DNA of 64,000 nucleotides from a virus. Below, in pieces: positions 18,371 to 29,011 of this stretch. A program made the position numbers and the translations under genes. The stretch lies in the IMG/VR virus record IMGVR_UViG_3300025645_000042, positions 32,001 to 96,000 of that record, one strand, 5' to 3'. Every line of letters starts with the position of its first letter. Within the stretch, counting starts at the first letter, position 1. Under the pieces are notes generated by a model. It was not told where the DNA came from. It did no database searches and saw only the letters and a program-made list of their open reading frames with translations.

Positions 18371-18592
18371 ATGAATGAAGTGATACATGCAGCATCAAAC
18401 GCTGATTTTACTGGATACACATATATTCAAGTATATGCTAGTTCGGCTGCAACACCTACAATTAATGCGGTTATAGTCTCTATGGCTGCTGGAAGCACAT
18501 TACCTATATTAGTAAAAAATATTAGTGCAACTGCTAATGTTTTTGTATTAGGTAGACAAAAATTAATAGCACCTTCTGTAATAAACGGATAA
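18371..18592 (+). CDS. small late protein
   Basis: 73 aa; ATATTTAT at 18345-18352. Confidence 0.65.
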   Translation: MNEVIHAASNADFTGYTYIQVYASSAATPTINAVIVSMAAGSTLPILVKNISATANVFVLGRQKLIAPSVING

Positions 18593-18609
18593 TTAAACTT
18601 AAAATATAA

Positions 18610-19326
18610 ATGAAAAAATATAATAGCGTTAAGCCAACTGGATTGAAAGGTAATGACCAAGTTAGTAGAATGAGGTCTCTTATGGGAATGGCACCTGTAA
18701 ATGAAAACACAAATAGGTCAGTTGTAGAATTAACTAAAAAGGGTCCTGACGGAAAAGTGTATGGTATTGTTAGAGAAAATCATAAGTATTTTATTAAAAT
18801 ATCTGATAAAACTGAAAATCTTATAGCTGAAGATTTCAATTATATTGGTGGTTTACAAAACAAAACTGATAAATCTTTCGATAGTTATTCTCAAGCTACA
18901 AAACAATTAAACCTTAAATTCATTAGTCTTAATGAAGCATTAGGTAAATCTGATGTTATCAATATCTTAAAAAATGATAACTTATTATCTGAATCATTTG
19001 AGTCTTACTCAGAAAAACCAAAATCTAGTCAACCTGATACTACATTAGGTACTGTTAAGGAAATTGGTAAAAATGATGGTCATGAAGAAGAAATCATCGG
19101 TGATGAGGGTGAAGATGGTAACCCAGATGTGGATACTCCACCAGTAGTAGAAGAAGGTGAAACTGAAACTGTAGATGAAGGTGATGATGTTGAATTGAAT
19201 GAAACTGAAAAAATGATTGACAGAATCATCCGTGAAATTAAAGAAGAAGAAACAAACAAACTTAAGATTACTACCGCAATAGGTAAAATCAAAGAGGGAG
19301 AACAAAGCTCAAAAAAAAAAGTATAA
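18610..19326 (+). CDS. putative head morphogenesis protein, zero-frame product
   Basis: 238 aa, acidic, ends ...SSKKKV over an A10 run. Confidence 0.75.
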   Translation: MKKYNSVKPTGLKGNDQVSRMRSLMGMAPVNENTNRSVVELTKKGPDGKVYGIVRENHKYFIKISDKTENLIAEDFNYIGGLQNKTDKSFDSYSQATKQLNLKFISLNEALGKSDVINILKNDNLLSESFESYSEKPKSSQPDTTLGTVKEIGKNDGHEEEIIGDEGEDGNPDVDTPPVVEEGETETVDEGDDVELNETEKMIDRIIREIKEEETNKLKITTAIGKIKEGEQSSKKKV

Positions 19327-20588
19327 CTGAAACTAAGTTTAAGTTAAAATTAGATGACCCATCTCCTGAACCACAAGCTCAGGATATGGGTTCTTCTGTT
19401 CCTAGTAACGATGAGGGTGGTTTTGATGAACTTCCAGATGCTCAACCAATGGAAGACCCAATGGGTGAACCAGAAAGTGATAAACCATTTAACGATGAAC
19501 CATTTGATGCTGGTGTAGAAGCTAACGAAGAAGACAGTCCTGAAAAATACATACAACAATTATCTGGTAAATTAGGTCAAAGCCTAAGAAAATATACGGA
19601 AGATTTAGGTGCACCTGATTATGACTTAGAAAAGTTTGCAATTAATTCTGTGTTATCTGCAACTAATTCAGGTGAAATGGACCAACAAGACCAAGCTGAT
19701 ATTATTCAAAAGGTAAAATCATCTACAACTGATGGTACTGGTAAAAAAAATGATGAACCAGCAGAGGCTGATGTTGAGGGTGGTGAAGAATTACCAAGTG
19801 ACGAACCATTAGATTTAGATAATATTGATATGGAAGAAAGTGTTTTAGAAAAAAAAAGCACTGACGACTTATTAAACAAGAAGGTTTACGTTACCAACAG
19901 AAAAGAAATGGGTATCGTTAAGAAAATTGACGGGAATGACGTTATTGTTCAAATGCCTAAGACTAAAGAAATGATTAACGTTACTTTAGCTGATGTTAAG
20001 GAAATTACTGAACATAATCCAAATGGTAATGGTAACACTGTATTTCAAGATGCATTTTTAGGTGTTGATGATGAAGGTATGGAAGAAAATAAATATATAA
20101 CTCTTGAATCTGATGAAAATGATAGTATGTTAAATCAAAGAATTAAAGAAATGGTTAAAGAAACATTTATGACAACGGACGTTCAACCAGTGGTTAAACC
20201 ACAAATTAAACCTGTAGTTGAACCGAAAAGGTCTACTAGAAGGTCTAAACCATGGACAATTATTCCAGAACAATTACCAGACCCTAAACCAAAAGCTGAA
20301 GGTGGAGTTCAATTTATAAATAATAGTGAATTTTCTGAAGATGGAAATTTAGTATCATTAGTATTTGATGTTGATGGTGTTAGATTTAATGGGGTTAATT
20401 TTATTAACACTGGTGAGGTGGTTGAAAAACCGTTAGCTTATGATGAACCTTATGTATTTGCATATCAAACTGATATCTTAGATAATGGTAAACAATATTT
20501 AATAAACGTATCTAAATTTGGTAACCCTGAGAATTTTGACGCACCAGTATTTACTGATGGTGATAAACCTGAAATAGAAGAAGTATAA
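19320..20588 (+). CDS. acidic late protein; -1 frame continuation of the upstream gene (first ATG at 19386)
   Basis: -1 frame is open from 19287 across the A10 run and reads SITETKFKLKLDDP... into the listed ORF. Confidence 0.7.
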   Translation, partial: SITETKFKLKLDDPSPEPQAQDMGSSVPSNDEGGFDELPDAQPMEDPMGEPESDKPFNDEPFDAGVEANEEDSPEKYIQQLSGKLGQSLRKYTEDLGAPDYDLEKFAINSVLSATNSGEMDQQDQADIIQKVKSSTTDGTGKKNDEPAEADVEGGEELPSDEPLDLDNIDMEESVLEKKSTDDLLNKKVYVTNRKEMGIVKKIDGNDVIVQMPKTKEMINVTLADVKEITEHNPNGNGNTVFQDAFLGVDDEGMEENKYITLESDENDSMLNQRIKEMVKETFMTTDVQPVVKPQIKPVVEPKRSTRRSKPWTIIPEQLPDPKPKAEGGVQFINNSEFSEDGNLVSLVFDVDGVRFNGVNFINTGEVVEKPLAYDEPYVFAYQTDILDNGKQYLINVSKFGNPENFDAPVFTDGDKPEIEEV

Positions 20589-20995
20589 TGGATAATTTAT
20601 ATTTAATATATGTTCATAAGATTGGTTACAATCACGCTAATAAATATTTTTATGAATTTATTTTTAGTGATACTGTAGACAACGTTGATGGTGAAGGTTG
20701 GGATTCATACCCAGCAAGTAGTAACCCTGAAGCACCATTTGATAACTTAATAGTTCAAGTGGGTAAAATTGAATCGGAATTTGAATTACATGTTGCACAA
20801 GACAATGAACAATTTTCAATGTATGATGCTTTAGATAATATAATTCCATTAGCTTGGGAAAATATAGATGGGTTAGAAGAATACCCAGATAAAAGATTAG
20901 TATTCCCATTCGGGATGGAAATAAAAAAAGTTGCCGACCTTTTATATGAAAAAGATGTGGTAATGGATTATAAAATCGAAATAGAAAATGAATAA
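20588..20995 (+). CDS. hypothetical late protein
   Basis: 135 aa, coupled ORF. Confidence 0.75.
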   Translation: MDNLYLIYVHKIGYNHANKYFYEFIFSDTVDNVDGEGWDSYPASSNPEAPFDNLIVQVGKIESEFELHVAQDNEQFSMYDALDNIIPLAWENIDGLEEYPDKRLVFPFGMEIKKVADLLYEKDVVMDYKIEIENE

Positions 20996-21353
20996 AAAGG
21001 TAGTAACTAAAGAAAAATTACGTAAATTAATTTCTGAAAATGAAGAGTCAATGACTTATTCAGTAACAGCTGATGACCAAAATGCGGTAGATAAAGCAAA
21101 ACAAGCCTCTAAAACTGATGGTGTTGATTCAACAATTGAGTTGACTACTGAAGGTGGTGAAGATGATTTACCAGAAATTCCAGATGAAGAAAAAATGGAA
21201 AGGGGTGAAGAATATGGAGTTTATGGCGAAGATTTTGATAAGTTAATGGAAGAATTAAAAAATTCTAAATCACCTAAAATTAAATTAGGTGAAAATATTA
21301 AACCTAGAATTAAGAAAAATGATTTAATTAATTACATTAAAAATAAAAAATAA
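20988..21353 (+). CDS. hypothetical late protein
   Basis: 121 aa acidic, coupled ORF. Confidence 0.75.
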   Translation: MNKKVVTKEKLRKLISENEESMTYSVTADDQNAVDKAKQASKTDGVDSTIELTTEGGEDDLPEIPDEEKMERGEEYGVYGEDFDKLMEELKNSKSPKIKLGENIKPRIKKNDLINYIKNKK

Positions 21354-22591
21354 TGGACGATAATAAAATTAAAAAGTTAGCACTTAAAGCCTTACAGGAA
21401 TTAAAAAAACCGAAAAGATTAAGTGAAAGTAGAATTAAGTATGATGATAATCATGCTGAAAGGATGGACCCTACTTTGGCTAAACAATTAAGAGAGCGTT
21501 CACATTCATTAGGCGCACATCCAGCTTTTCCTGAAGATGATGATATGCATTTTGAAGAAAGATTAATGTCTAAAAGATTTGGTGATGTTGTAAAAAACTA
21601 TAAAAGGCATCATGGTGAAGAAAGTATTGATGTTAATGAAATTATACAAAAGCAAGCCGCTTGTATGAGAAAAGTAATTGAACTTGAGGAAAAACATAAA
21701 GATGAATTGATTGAGATGGTTAAACAATTAATTATGGAAGAGTTCGATATCACTGAAGAAGATTTATTACTTGATGGTACGTTAACAACTGAAATGTCAT
21801 TAAATGTAGATAAGAGTAAACTTAGAATGGAATCAGAATCCACTGTTGAGTTTGATGACCATAACGAATTAGTTAACGCTAATAAAGAAGTTTACAAACG
21901 TAGAATGCTTAACGCATTAATTCAAGGTGCTGCTAAGAAAACAAATCATATGTTTCATTTATTAGATGAACAATTAGTAGAATTAAATCCATTGTTACCT
22001 AACCTATATTCTAAATTAATGACTGGTGCTGATTATATGTATATGGTTACTGATGATGTGAAAGGTAAGAATTCTAGAATGATTGGTGGTCTAGTTAATG
22101 TAGAATTTCCTAAAACAGAAGGTGATGTTCCAAAGATAATTGCAGAAGCTGTTTGTTTACCTGTTTTAATCCACGAGATGGTTAAAGGAGTGATGGAGGT
22201 ACTTTCATATCATGGTTTACCAAAAGACCCTAAAACAGCTCAATTCGTAATGGAAAAAGCTGATTTTATGGAAGCTGAAAGTTGGGACATGAGACTTGGC
22301 CCACCAATATGGGAAAAATTTTTAAATTGTATTCCAGCTGAAGACTACGGTTTGAAACATCATGTATATACTGAATTAGTAGAATTACCAGCTGATGAGT
22401 TTCACGAATCCTTTAGGGAAGTGCTTATGGGTTCTAGAAAAGGTAAAGCACTTATAAATGAATTTCTTACTGAGATTAAAGACGAATTAAGAAACGATGA
22501 ATTTGACAATGTAGTTGATAGAATTAGTGACGATGATTATTTAGGCCCAGAAGATTTAGATAATTTAGACACTGAAAATTGGTTCTTATAA
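21353..22591 (+). CDS. hypothetical late protein preceding terminase
   Basis: 412 aa ORF. Confidence 0.8.
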   Translation: MDDNKIKKLALKALQELKKPKRLSESRIKYDDNHAERMDPTLAKQLRERSHSLGAHPAFPEDDDMHFEERLMSKRFGDVVKNYKRHHGEESIDVNEIIQKQAACMRKVIELEEKHKDELIEMVKQLIMEEFDITEEDLLLDGTLTTEMSLNVDKSKLRMESESTVEFDDHNELVNANKEVYKRRMLNALIQGAAKKTNHMFHLLDEQLVELNPLLPNLYSKLMTGADYMYMVTDDVKGKNSRMIGGLVNVEFPKTEGDVPKIIAEAVCLPVLIHEMVKGVMEVLSYHGLPKDPKTAQFVMEKADFMEAESWDMRLGPPIWEKFLNCIPAEDYGLKHHVYTELVELPADEFHESFREVLMGSRKGKALINEFLTEIKDELRNDEFDNVVDRISDDDYLGPEDLDNLDTENWFL

Positions 22592-22610
22592 AAACATTTT
22601 AATTTACTTT

Positions 22611-22638
22611 AAAGGCCCGTCATATGACGGGCCTTTTT
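22611..22638 (+). terminator. intrinsic terminator
   Basis: palindrome AAAGGCCCGTCA-TA-TGACGGGCCTTT plus T run. Confidence 0.9.
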
Positions 22639-22687
22639 ATTTATTGCACTTTATTGGCTGTTTTAGTATATTTATATAGAAAAAAGG

Positions 22688-24547
22688 ATGTTAACAGGTT
22701 CAGAAATATTACATGAATATACCGAGTGTTTATTAGACCCAGTATATGCAATTTGCACATATCTTAAAACTTTCGATAAAACACAAGAAGGTTTTGTGCA
22801 GTTTAAATTGTTTCCAAAACAAATACAAATCGTAGAAGCGTATAGAAAATATAGGTTTACTATGATTACAAAGCCGAGACAGGCTGGTGTATCCACAACT
22901 TCCGCTGCATATGCAGCAACCAAAGCAGTATTTGCTGACCCTAACAACCCAGAAGCTATTTTGATTGTTGCAAACAAACAGGAAATGGCGTTTGAATTCT
23001 TAGATAAAATTAAAGATTTCATTTCTCAATTTCCAAGATGGGTTTGGGGTGATGAATATTATGGTACGTCAGAAAAAGAAGGTAAGAGTATATATTCAGT
23101 TGAATCTAAAAAAGAAATAAAATTACCTAATGGTAGTAGAATTAAAGCGGTTGCAACATCTAAAGATGCGCTTAGGGGATTCACACCAACATGGTTAATA
23201 ATGGATGAAGCAGCCTTTATTGATGATGGTGCTATTGTATTTGGTGCCGCATTAACTGCTTTAGGTACTGGTGGTAGAGCTACATTAATTTCTACCCCAA
23301 ATGGTATGGATGCTTTATATCATAAAACATATGAACAATCTAAAAAGGGTAAAAATGATTTCCATATTATTGAGATGAAATGGTATCAAGACCCTAGATA
23401 TACAACCAATCAACAAACCAAAGTAAGAGACCTTATTTGGATTCATGAAGAGAATAATGATGATGTTATTGAAGAAATTAGATATATTAATTTCGGAGAT
23501 TCTGAAGAAAGTATATTGGAGGTTTATACCCATTACGAAAATATGGTGAATAAAGGTTATAAACCTAGTTCAAGTTGGTATAGAGAAATGTGTCGTGGTA
23601 TGAACAACGACAAAAAAATGATTGCTCAAGAACTTGATGTATCATTTATTGGTTCTGGTGGTAATGTAATTGACGATAAATACATTATTATGCAAGAAAG
23701 ACAAAATGTATCTGAACCATTATACACAGCTGGTGATAAAGACGAAATTTGGATTTGGGAAGAACCTATTGAAGGTCATGAATATATTTTATCGGCTGAC
23801 GTTGCTAGAGGTGATGGTGGAGATAATTCAACAATTGTTGTGATTGATTTCACAACTATGACACAAGTAATGGAATATGAAGGTCAATTACAACCCGATT
23901 TATTAGGTACATTGGTTGATGAATATGCTAGAATATATGACGCATTAGTAGTAGTTGATGTAACTGGTGGTTGGGGAGTTGGTACTATAACACAATGCCA
24001 GTACTTAGGTACACCAAATTTGTATTATGATGAAACATCAACAAAACCAATGGAAAGGGCAACAAATAAAGCACCTAAAGAAAGTAACATTGGTAAATAT
24101 CCTGGGTTTAATTGTACTGCGGGTAGGAGAGCACCAATAATTAGAAATTTAGAAAAGATGGTAAGGTTAAATGCAATTAAAATACGCTCTAAAAGGATGA
24201 CATCTGAGATGAGAACATTTGTATTTAAGAATGGAAAAGCTGACCACATGGAAGGGTATCACGATGATTTACTTATGCCATTGGCGTATGCTTTATGGGT
24301 TATGGAAACATCATTTAAAAAATTGAAAGAGGCTAAGGCTAAAACTAAAGCTATGTTGGCTGGATGGGTTAGAAATGATGGTAGAGTTGGAGTTACAGAT
24401 GACGATTTAAAGCGTAATGGATTTATATCTAAAGCTGATAGAAAAAAGAAAGTAACTGCTAAGAAACCAAACTTTAGTCCACAGGTATCTAAAAATATGC
24501 AAGACCCAAAAGGTAATTACATGTGGTTATTTAGCGGTACTAAATAA
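22688..24547 (+). CDS. terminase large subunit (T4 gp17-like)
   Basis: KPRQAGVST Walker A, LIMDEAAF Walker B, LISTPNG, SADVARG nuclease, HDDL. Confidence 0.95.
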   Translation: MLTGSEILHEYTECLLDPVYAICTYLKTFDKTQEGFVQFKLFPKQIQIVEAYRKYRFTMITKPRQAGVSTTSAAYAATKAVFADPNNPEAILIVANKQEMAFEFLDKIKDFISQFPRWVWGDEYYGTSEKEGKSIYSVESKKEIKLPNGSRIKAVATSKDALRGFTPTWLIMDEAAFIDDGAIVFGAALTALGTGGRATLISTPNGMDALYHKTYEQSKKGKNDFHIIEMKWYQDPRYTTNQQTKVRDLIWIHEENNDDVIEEIRYINFGDSEESILEVYTHYENMVNKGYKPSSSWYREMCRGMNNDKKMIAQELDVSFIGSGGNVIDDKYIIMQERQNVSEPLYTAGDKDEIWIWEEPIEGHEYILSADVARGDGGDNSTIVVIDFTTMTQVMEYEGQLQPDLLGTLVDEYARIYDALVVVDVTGGWGVGTITQCQYLGTPNLYYDETSTKPMERATNKAPKESNIGKYPGFNCTAGRRAPIIRNLEKMVRLNAIKIRSKRMTSEMRTFVFKNGKADHMEGYHDDLLMPLAYALWVMETSFKKLKEAKAKTKAMLAGWVRNDGRVGVTDDDLKRNGFISKADRKKKVTAKKPNFSPQVSKNMQDPKGNYMWLFSGTK

Positions 24548-24602
24548 TAAAAATACATTGATTTATTTAAAAAATATAGTATAATTAATAAAAAGAATTA
24601 AG

Positions 24603-27600
24603 ATGGCAAAAAAACAAACAGTTTTCCAAAGATTAAGTAACACTTTTGGGAAAGAAGGTTTAAACCCAAATGTTGAAAAAAGGAGTAATAAATATTCTCT
24701 TGGTAACAGTAAAGAAATATTACGAACTCAATCTAAACAAGAGTTCGATGTAGCTAAACTACAAGCGCAACAAGATAAGTACTTAGCTGGTATGTGGTCT
24801 AGAGTTGATGGTGAGTTATATCAACAAGCTATTCATTATGAAACTACAAGAGTTGGTTCCTATTCAGATTTTGAAACAATGGAATTTTATCCAGAAATTG
24901 CTGCTACATTAGATGTATTTAGTGAAGAATCAACAACACCAAATGATAAAGGTGATGTTATTAACGTTTACTCTGGTAGTAAAAGGGTTAAAAGAATTCT
25001 TGAAGACTTATTCATAAATAGATTAGATATTCACACATCATTACAAATGTGGGCCAGAAATTTACCAATAAGGAAAGATAGTGTAATTCCATTATTAAAT
25101 GGGACTAATAAAACAATTATTGAGATTTCAAAGGAATTAAAAGAAACTCCAGATAAAGAAATCTGGACTTATTCAATTCAAGATGGAACTAAAAATATTT
25201 TACCAAGTAAAATTGTTTGGTGTGATTTGACTAGAAAAAATAGTGAGTTATATAGAATAACGTTAGATAATGGTACTCATATTGATACCACCCCAGACCA
25301 TGAATTTTTACTAAGAGATGGTTCATATTTACGTGCTGATAAATTAACTGAGGGTCTTAGTCTAATGCCATTCTATACTAAAATTAGTGAAAATGAACGT
25401 GTATCTGGTTATGAGAAAGTTTACAACCCAAATACAAACCACTATAAATTCACACATGGATTAATTGGTCGTGAAATGCATAGAGATTTGAAATATGAAA
25501 ATAGTGTTGATGAAAAGTTTGTTACCCATCACATAGATTTCAATAAATTCAATAACTCACCGTCTAATTTAGTTAGAATGAGTGTTAGTGAACATAATAA
25601 ATATCATGGTAGTTTAGCTGATTTTCACTTGAAGAGTCCTGAAGTCACTGAAAAAAGAATGATTGGTATTAATAAATGGCTTCGTTCTGATGAACGTAGA
25701 GAAATGTTATCTAATAAGATGAAGGGTACATACCCTGACCCATTTAAAAAATATAATTCAAGTTCTTTACATGAAACTCACAATGACATTAGAAGTGATG
25801 TTATGAAAAATTTATGGGGTGATGATGAATATAAATCTAACACATCAAAAAAAATGCGTTATAAATTGAGTGGTAAAGCTATCAACATGATAGAGGTACT
25901 TATTAAAGAGACTCCAAATTATATGTCATTAGATACTTTATGTGGTAAATTAAAGAATGAACCAAAATTCACCAAAGAATTCATTACATTTAATAAACAC
26001 ATTAAGCGTGATGCGATTAAAGGTATAAATAGGAGAACTATAAATGAACTTTTAAAAAGGACGTTTGAAATTGATTATTTAACTTTCGTTGAAGGTTTAA
26101 AGCCTAATATGGTAAATGATAACACTTATATTAGAGCTAAAAATATATCTGAAACTAAAAAAAATAAGACAATTCTTAATCATAAAGTAGTTAGTGTTGA
26201 ATTATTGAGTGAGGGTGATGATGTTTATTGTATGGAAGTGTTAGGACCAAATGGTGAAGGTGATAGACATAATTTCCCAGTTTGTACCAAAGATGATGAA
26301 GGTAATTTTAAACGTGATGGTGTTTTTGTATCCAACTGTAAATATGGTGATAATTTTGTACAATTAAATATTAGTTCTAAAGGTGGCGTTACTGGAGTTA
26401 GACAATTACCTAACTTTGAGATTGAAAGAAGAGAGAATGATATCAATGGAATTATTTCACCATCTCAATTAGAAGCTATTAATCAAGATGAAACTAGAAA
26501 TAAAACAGTATTCTACTGGAAAGGTAGAGATATTAGTTTTGAATCGTGGCAAATTGCTCACTTTAGACTTTTAGGTGATGATAGAAAATTACCTTACGGT
26601 ACTTCATTTTTAGAAAAAGCAAGACGTATTTGGAAGCAATTAATTTTAGCTGAAGATGCTATGCTTGTTTATCGTGTAACAAGAGCACCAGAAAGAAGAG
26701 TTTATAAGATATTTGTTGGTAATATTGATAATGAAGATGTTGGTGCATACGTGGATGACATAGCTAATAGATTTAAACGTACTCCACTTGTTGACCCACA
26801 AACAGGTCAAATGGATGTTAGATATAATCAATTAGGTATTGACCAAGATATTTTTATTCCAGTAAGAGATGAAAATGCACAAACACCTATTGATACTTTA
26901 CCAGGTGCGCAGAACTTAGACCAAATTGCTGATATTGAATATTTACAAAGAAAATTATTTACTGCGTTAAGAGTTCCTAAAGCTTTCTTAGGTTTTGAAG
27001 AACCTCAAGGTGAAGGTAAAAACCTTGCATTACAAGATATTAGATTCTCAAGAACAATAAATAGAATTCAACAGGCATTATTACATGAACTTAATAAGGT
27101 TGCTATTATTCACTTACACTTATTAGGATTCGCTGATGATTTAGATAATTTTACAATTACTTTAAACAATCCTTCAACACAAGCAGAAATGCTTAAAATT
27201 GAGCAGACAGCCGCTAAAGTTTCTTTATATAAAGATGCGGTTGCTGATGCTGGTAATGGATTTGGTTCTATGTCTATGACTAGAGCTAAAAGAGAAATTT
27301 TAGGTTGGAGTGATGATGAAATCAAACAAGATTTACTTGAACAAAGAATCGAGAAAGCAGCTGCTATGGAATTAGAAAATACTGCGAATGTTATTAAAAA
27401 TACTGGTATCTATGATAGAGTAGATAGAGTTTATGGTGATATGGATATGGCCAAAAAAGGCGGTCAAGTTCCTGAAGATGGTGAAGGTGGTGCCGCTGGA
27501 GGCGGTGGTGCTGGAGGCGGTGGAGGTTTCGGTGGAGGGTTTGATGATGCTGGTTTAGATTTAGAAGGTGACATTGAAGATGCTGAAGCTACTGAAGATA

Positions 27601-27893
27601 TAGGTGGTGACGAAGGTTTCGGTGGTGAAGATTTAGGTGGTGACGAAGGTTTCGGTGATGAAGAACCTACTGAAGAAAATAGACGTTTAAAAAATAAACC
27701 GTTATTAAAAGAAATTAAGAACGCATCAACTAAGGAGTATATGTCCATGTTAAATGGTAAAACAAGTAATGAAGAAAAACTTAGAACTGAAGCTACTAAA
27801 ATCTATGATAAATCAATAATGTTTAATAAAACCATGGATAATATGATAAATGAAATCGATGAAAAACTAGACTCTGATAATGAAACCAAATAA
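24603..27893 (+). CDS. portal protein (T4 gp20-like) with an intein
   Basis: EDAMLVYRVTRAPERRVYKI, DIEYLQRKLFTALRVP, QDIRFSRTINRIQ; 424-aa insertion at WARNL|CKYGD. Confidence 0.93.
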   Translation: MAKKQTVFQRLSNTFGKEGLNPNVEKRSNKYSLGNSKEILRTQSKQEFDVAKLQAQQDKYLAGMWSRVDGELYQQAIHYETTRVGSYSDFETMEFYPEIAATLDVFSEESTTPNDKGDVINVYSGSKRVKRILEDLFINRLDIHTSLQMWARNLPIRKDSVIPLLNGTNKTIIEISKELKETPDKEIWTYSIQDGTKNILPSKIVWCDLTRKNSELYRITLDNGTHIDTTPDHEFLLRDGSYLRADKLTEGLSLMPFYTKISENERVSGYEKVYNPNTNHYKFTHGLIGREMHRDLKYENSVDEKFVTHHIDFNKFNNSPSNLVRMSVSEHNKYHGSLADFHLKSPEVTEKRMIGINKWLRSDERREMLSNKMKGTYPDPFKKYNSSSLHETHNDIRSDVMKNLWGDDEYKSNTSKKMRYKLSGKAINMIEVLIKETPNYMSLDTLCGKLKNEPKFTKEFITFNKHIKRDAIKGINRRTINELLKRTFEIDYLTFVEGLKPNMVNDNTYIRAKNISETKKNKTILNHKVVSVELLSEGDDVYCMEVLGPNGEGDRHNFPVCTKDDEGNFKRDGVFVSNCKYGDNFVQLNISSKGGVTGVRQLPNFEIERRENDINGIISPSQLEAINQDETRNKTVFYWKGRDISFESWQIAHFRLLGDDRKLPYGTSFLEKARRIWKQLILAEDAMLVYRVTRAPERRVYKIFVGNIDNEDVGAYVDDIANRFKRTPLVDPQTGQMDVRYNQLGIDQDIFIPVRDENAQTPIDTLPGAQNLDQIADIEYLQRKLFTALRVPKAFLGFEEPQGEGKNLALQDIRFSRTINRIQQALLHELNKVAIIHLHLLGFADDLDNFTITLNNPSTQAEMLKIEQTAAKVSLYKDAVADAGNGFGSMSMTRAKREILGWSDDEIKQDLLEQRIEKAAAMELENTANVIKNTGIYDRVDRVYGDMDMAKKGGQVPEDGEGGAAGGGGAGGGGGFGGGFDDAGLDLEGDIEDAEATEDIGGDEGFGGEDLGGDEGFGDEEPTEENRRLKNKPLLKEIKNASTKEYMSMLNGKTSNEEKLRTEATKIYDKSIMFNKTMDNMINEIDEKLDSDNETK
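25065..26336 (+). mobile_element. intein with HNH homing endonuclease domain, atypical (Pro1, Cys at F4)
   Basis: starts PIRKDSVIPLLNG, block B TTPDHEF, HHIDFNKFNNSPSNL, block F VYCMEV, ends VFVSN followed by Cys. Confidence 0.88.
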
Positions 27894-27942
27894 TAAACGG
27901 ATTTTATAATTAAAAAGACATATTTATTTAAAAACAAGAACA

Positions 27943-28713
27943 ATGCAAAATTTTGGACAAATACATGAAACTTTCAAGGACATTCTAGCGAATGGTATCG
28001 TAGAAGGAAATAATGAATATAAAAAAATATTCAAAACATATGCTAAAGCATTGAAAGAGAATTCTACTCTTAAAAAACAATTTCAAGTGTTTGATAAACT
28101 TGAGAACAAAGTTGTTGTTGAAAATGAAGGTGAAAAGCAAAGATTTTTGGTAGACGAATGTATATCAATGTTAGCGGGATTAAAAGTTAATGAAGCTAAT
28201 CAGAAATTAGTAAACTACCTTAATAAAAAAGGGTTTGAATTATTGGAAGATTACGATAATAAAGAATTATATGAACATATCCATAATTTAGCATTTACAA
28301 AAAAGACAGCAAAAAATATTGATTTAATTATTGAATCAAAATTATTTGTTACAAAACACTCTAAAGTAATTTCTGAATCAAAAGAAATAGTTGAGCCATA
28401 CATGAATAAATTTATGGGACCAGCAATGGTTGAGAAATTTAATTCTAAGTATATGGAGAAATTATCTGAAACAGAGCAAAAAGCTTTTAAGATTATTTCT
28501 AACGGTACTAATGAAGAAAAAGAAAATTTATATAAAGGCACGCTAATTGAGTGTATTGATTTAATTAACGGTAAATTAAATGAAGAATCAAATATAGATG
28601 AAAAGGACACATATTTAAGAGTTAAAGATAAATTGTTAAGGTATAATTTTTCTCCAGATAAATTTATATCAGAAATTAGCGAAATAGCATATTTAAAGGA
28701 TACATTAAAATAA
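27943..28713 (+). CDS. hypothetical late protein in head module
   Basis: 256 aa; ATATTTAT at 27920-27927. Confidence 0.8.
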   Translation: MQNFGQIHETFKDILANGIVEGNNEYKKIFKTYAKALKENSTLKKQFQVFDKLENKVVVENEGEKQRFLVDECISMLAGLKVNEANQKLVNYLNKKGFELLEDYDNKELYEHIHNLAFTKKTAKNIDLIIESKLFVTKHSKVISESKEIVEPYMNKFMGPAMVEKFNSKYMEKLSETEQKAFKIISNGTNEEKENLYKGTLIECIDLINGKLNEESNIDEKDTYLRVKDKLLRYNFSPDKFISEISEIAYLKDTLK

Positions 28714-28714
28714 T

Positions 28715-29011
28715 ATGTTTAATTTTAATATATTACAAACATCACCAAGCTTAGTTGATTGGTTGGTACAGCAAGCACCAGTGGTAGTAGTGATGGGTGC
28801 TGCTATATATTGGTTATCTAAAAAATTAAACAAAGCCGAAGGTGATAAGGATGAAATGGCTAAGGATGTTATTAAACTAACAGCACTTTGGGAAGAAAAA
28901 AGTGATAAGTTAGATGTTAAGAATGAAAAAATGGATGAGCGAAACATCAAAGTTAATGAACAAATTCTTGAATTACTTCGGGAGATAAAATTAATTGTTA
29001 GTAGAAAATAA
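28715..29011 (+). CDS. single-TM protein, possible holin
   Basis: N-terminal TM (APVVVVMGAAIYWL), charged coiled-coil tail. Confidence 0.45.
   Translation: MFNFNILQTSPSLVDWLVQQAPVVVVMGAAIYWLSKKLNKAEGDKDEMAKDVIKLTALWEEKSDKLDVKNEKMDERNIKVNEQILELLREIKLIVSRK

Noticed and set aside
27602-27656. 22-bp direct repeat in the portal 3' region
   Set aside because: Encodes GGDEGFG twice in a disordered acidic tail; ordinary local duplication
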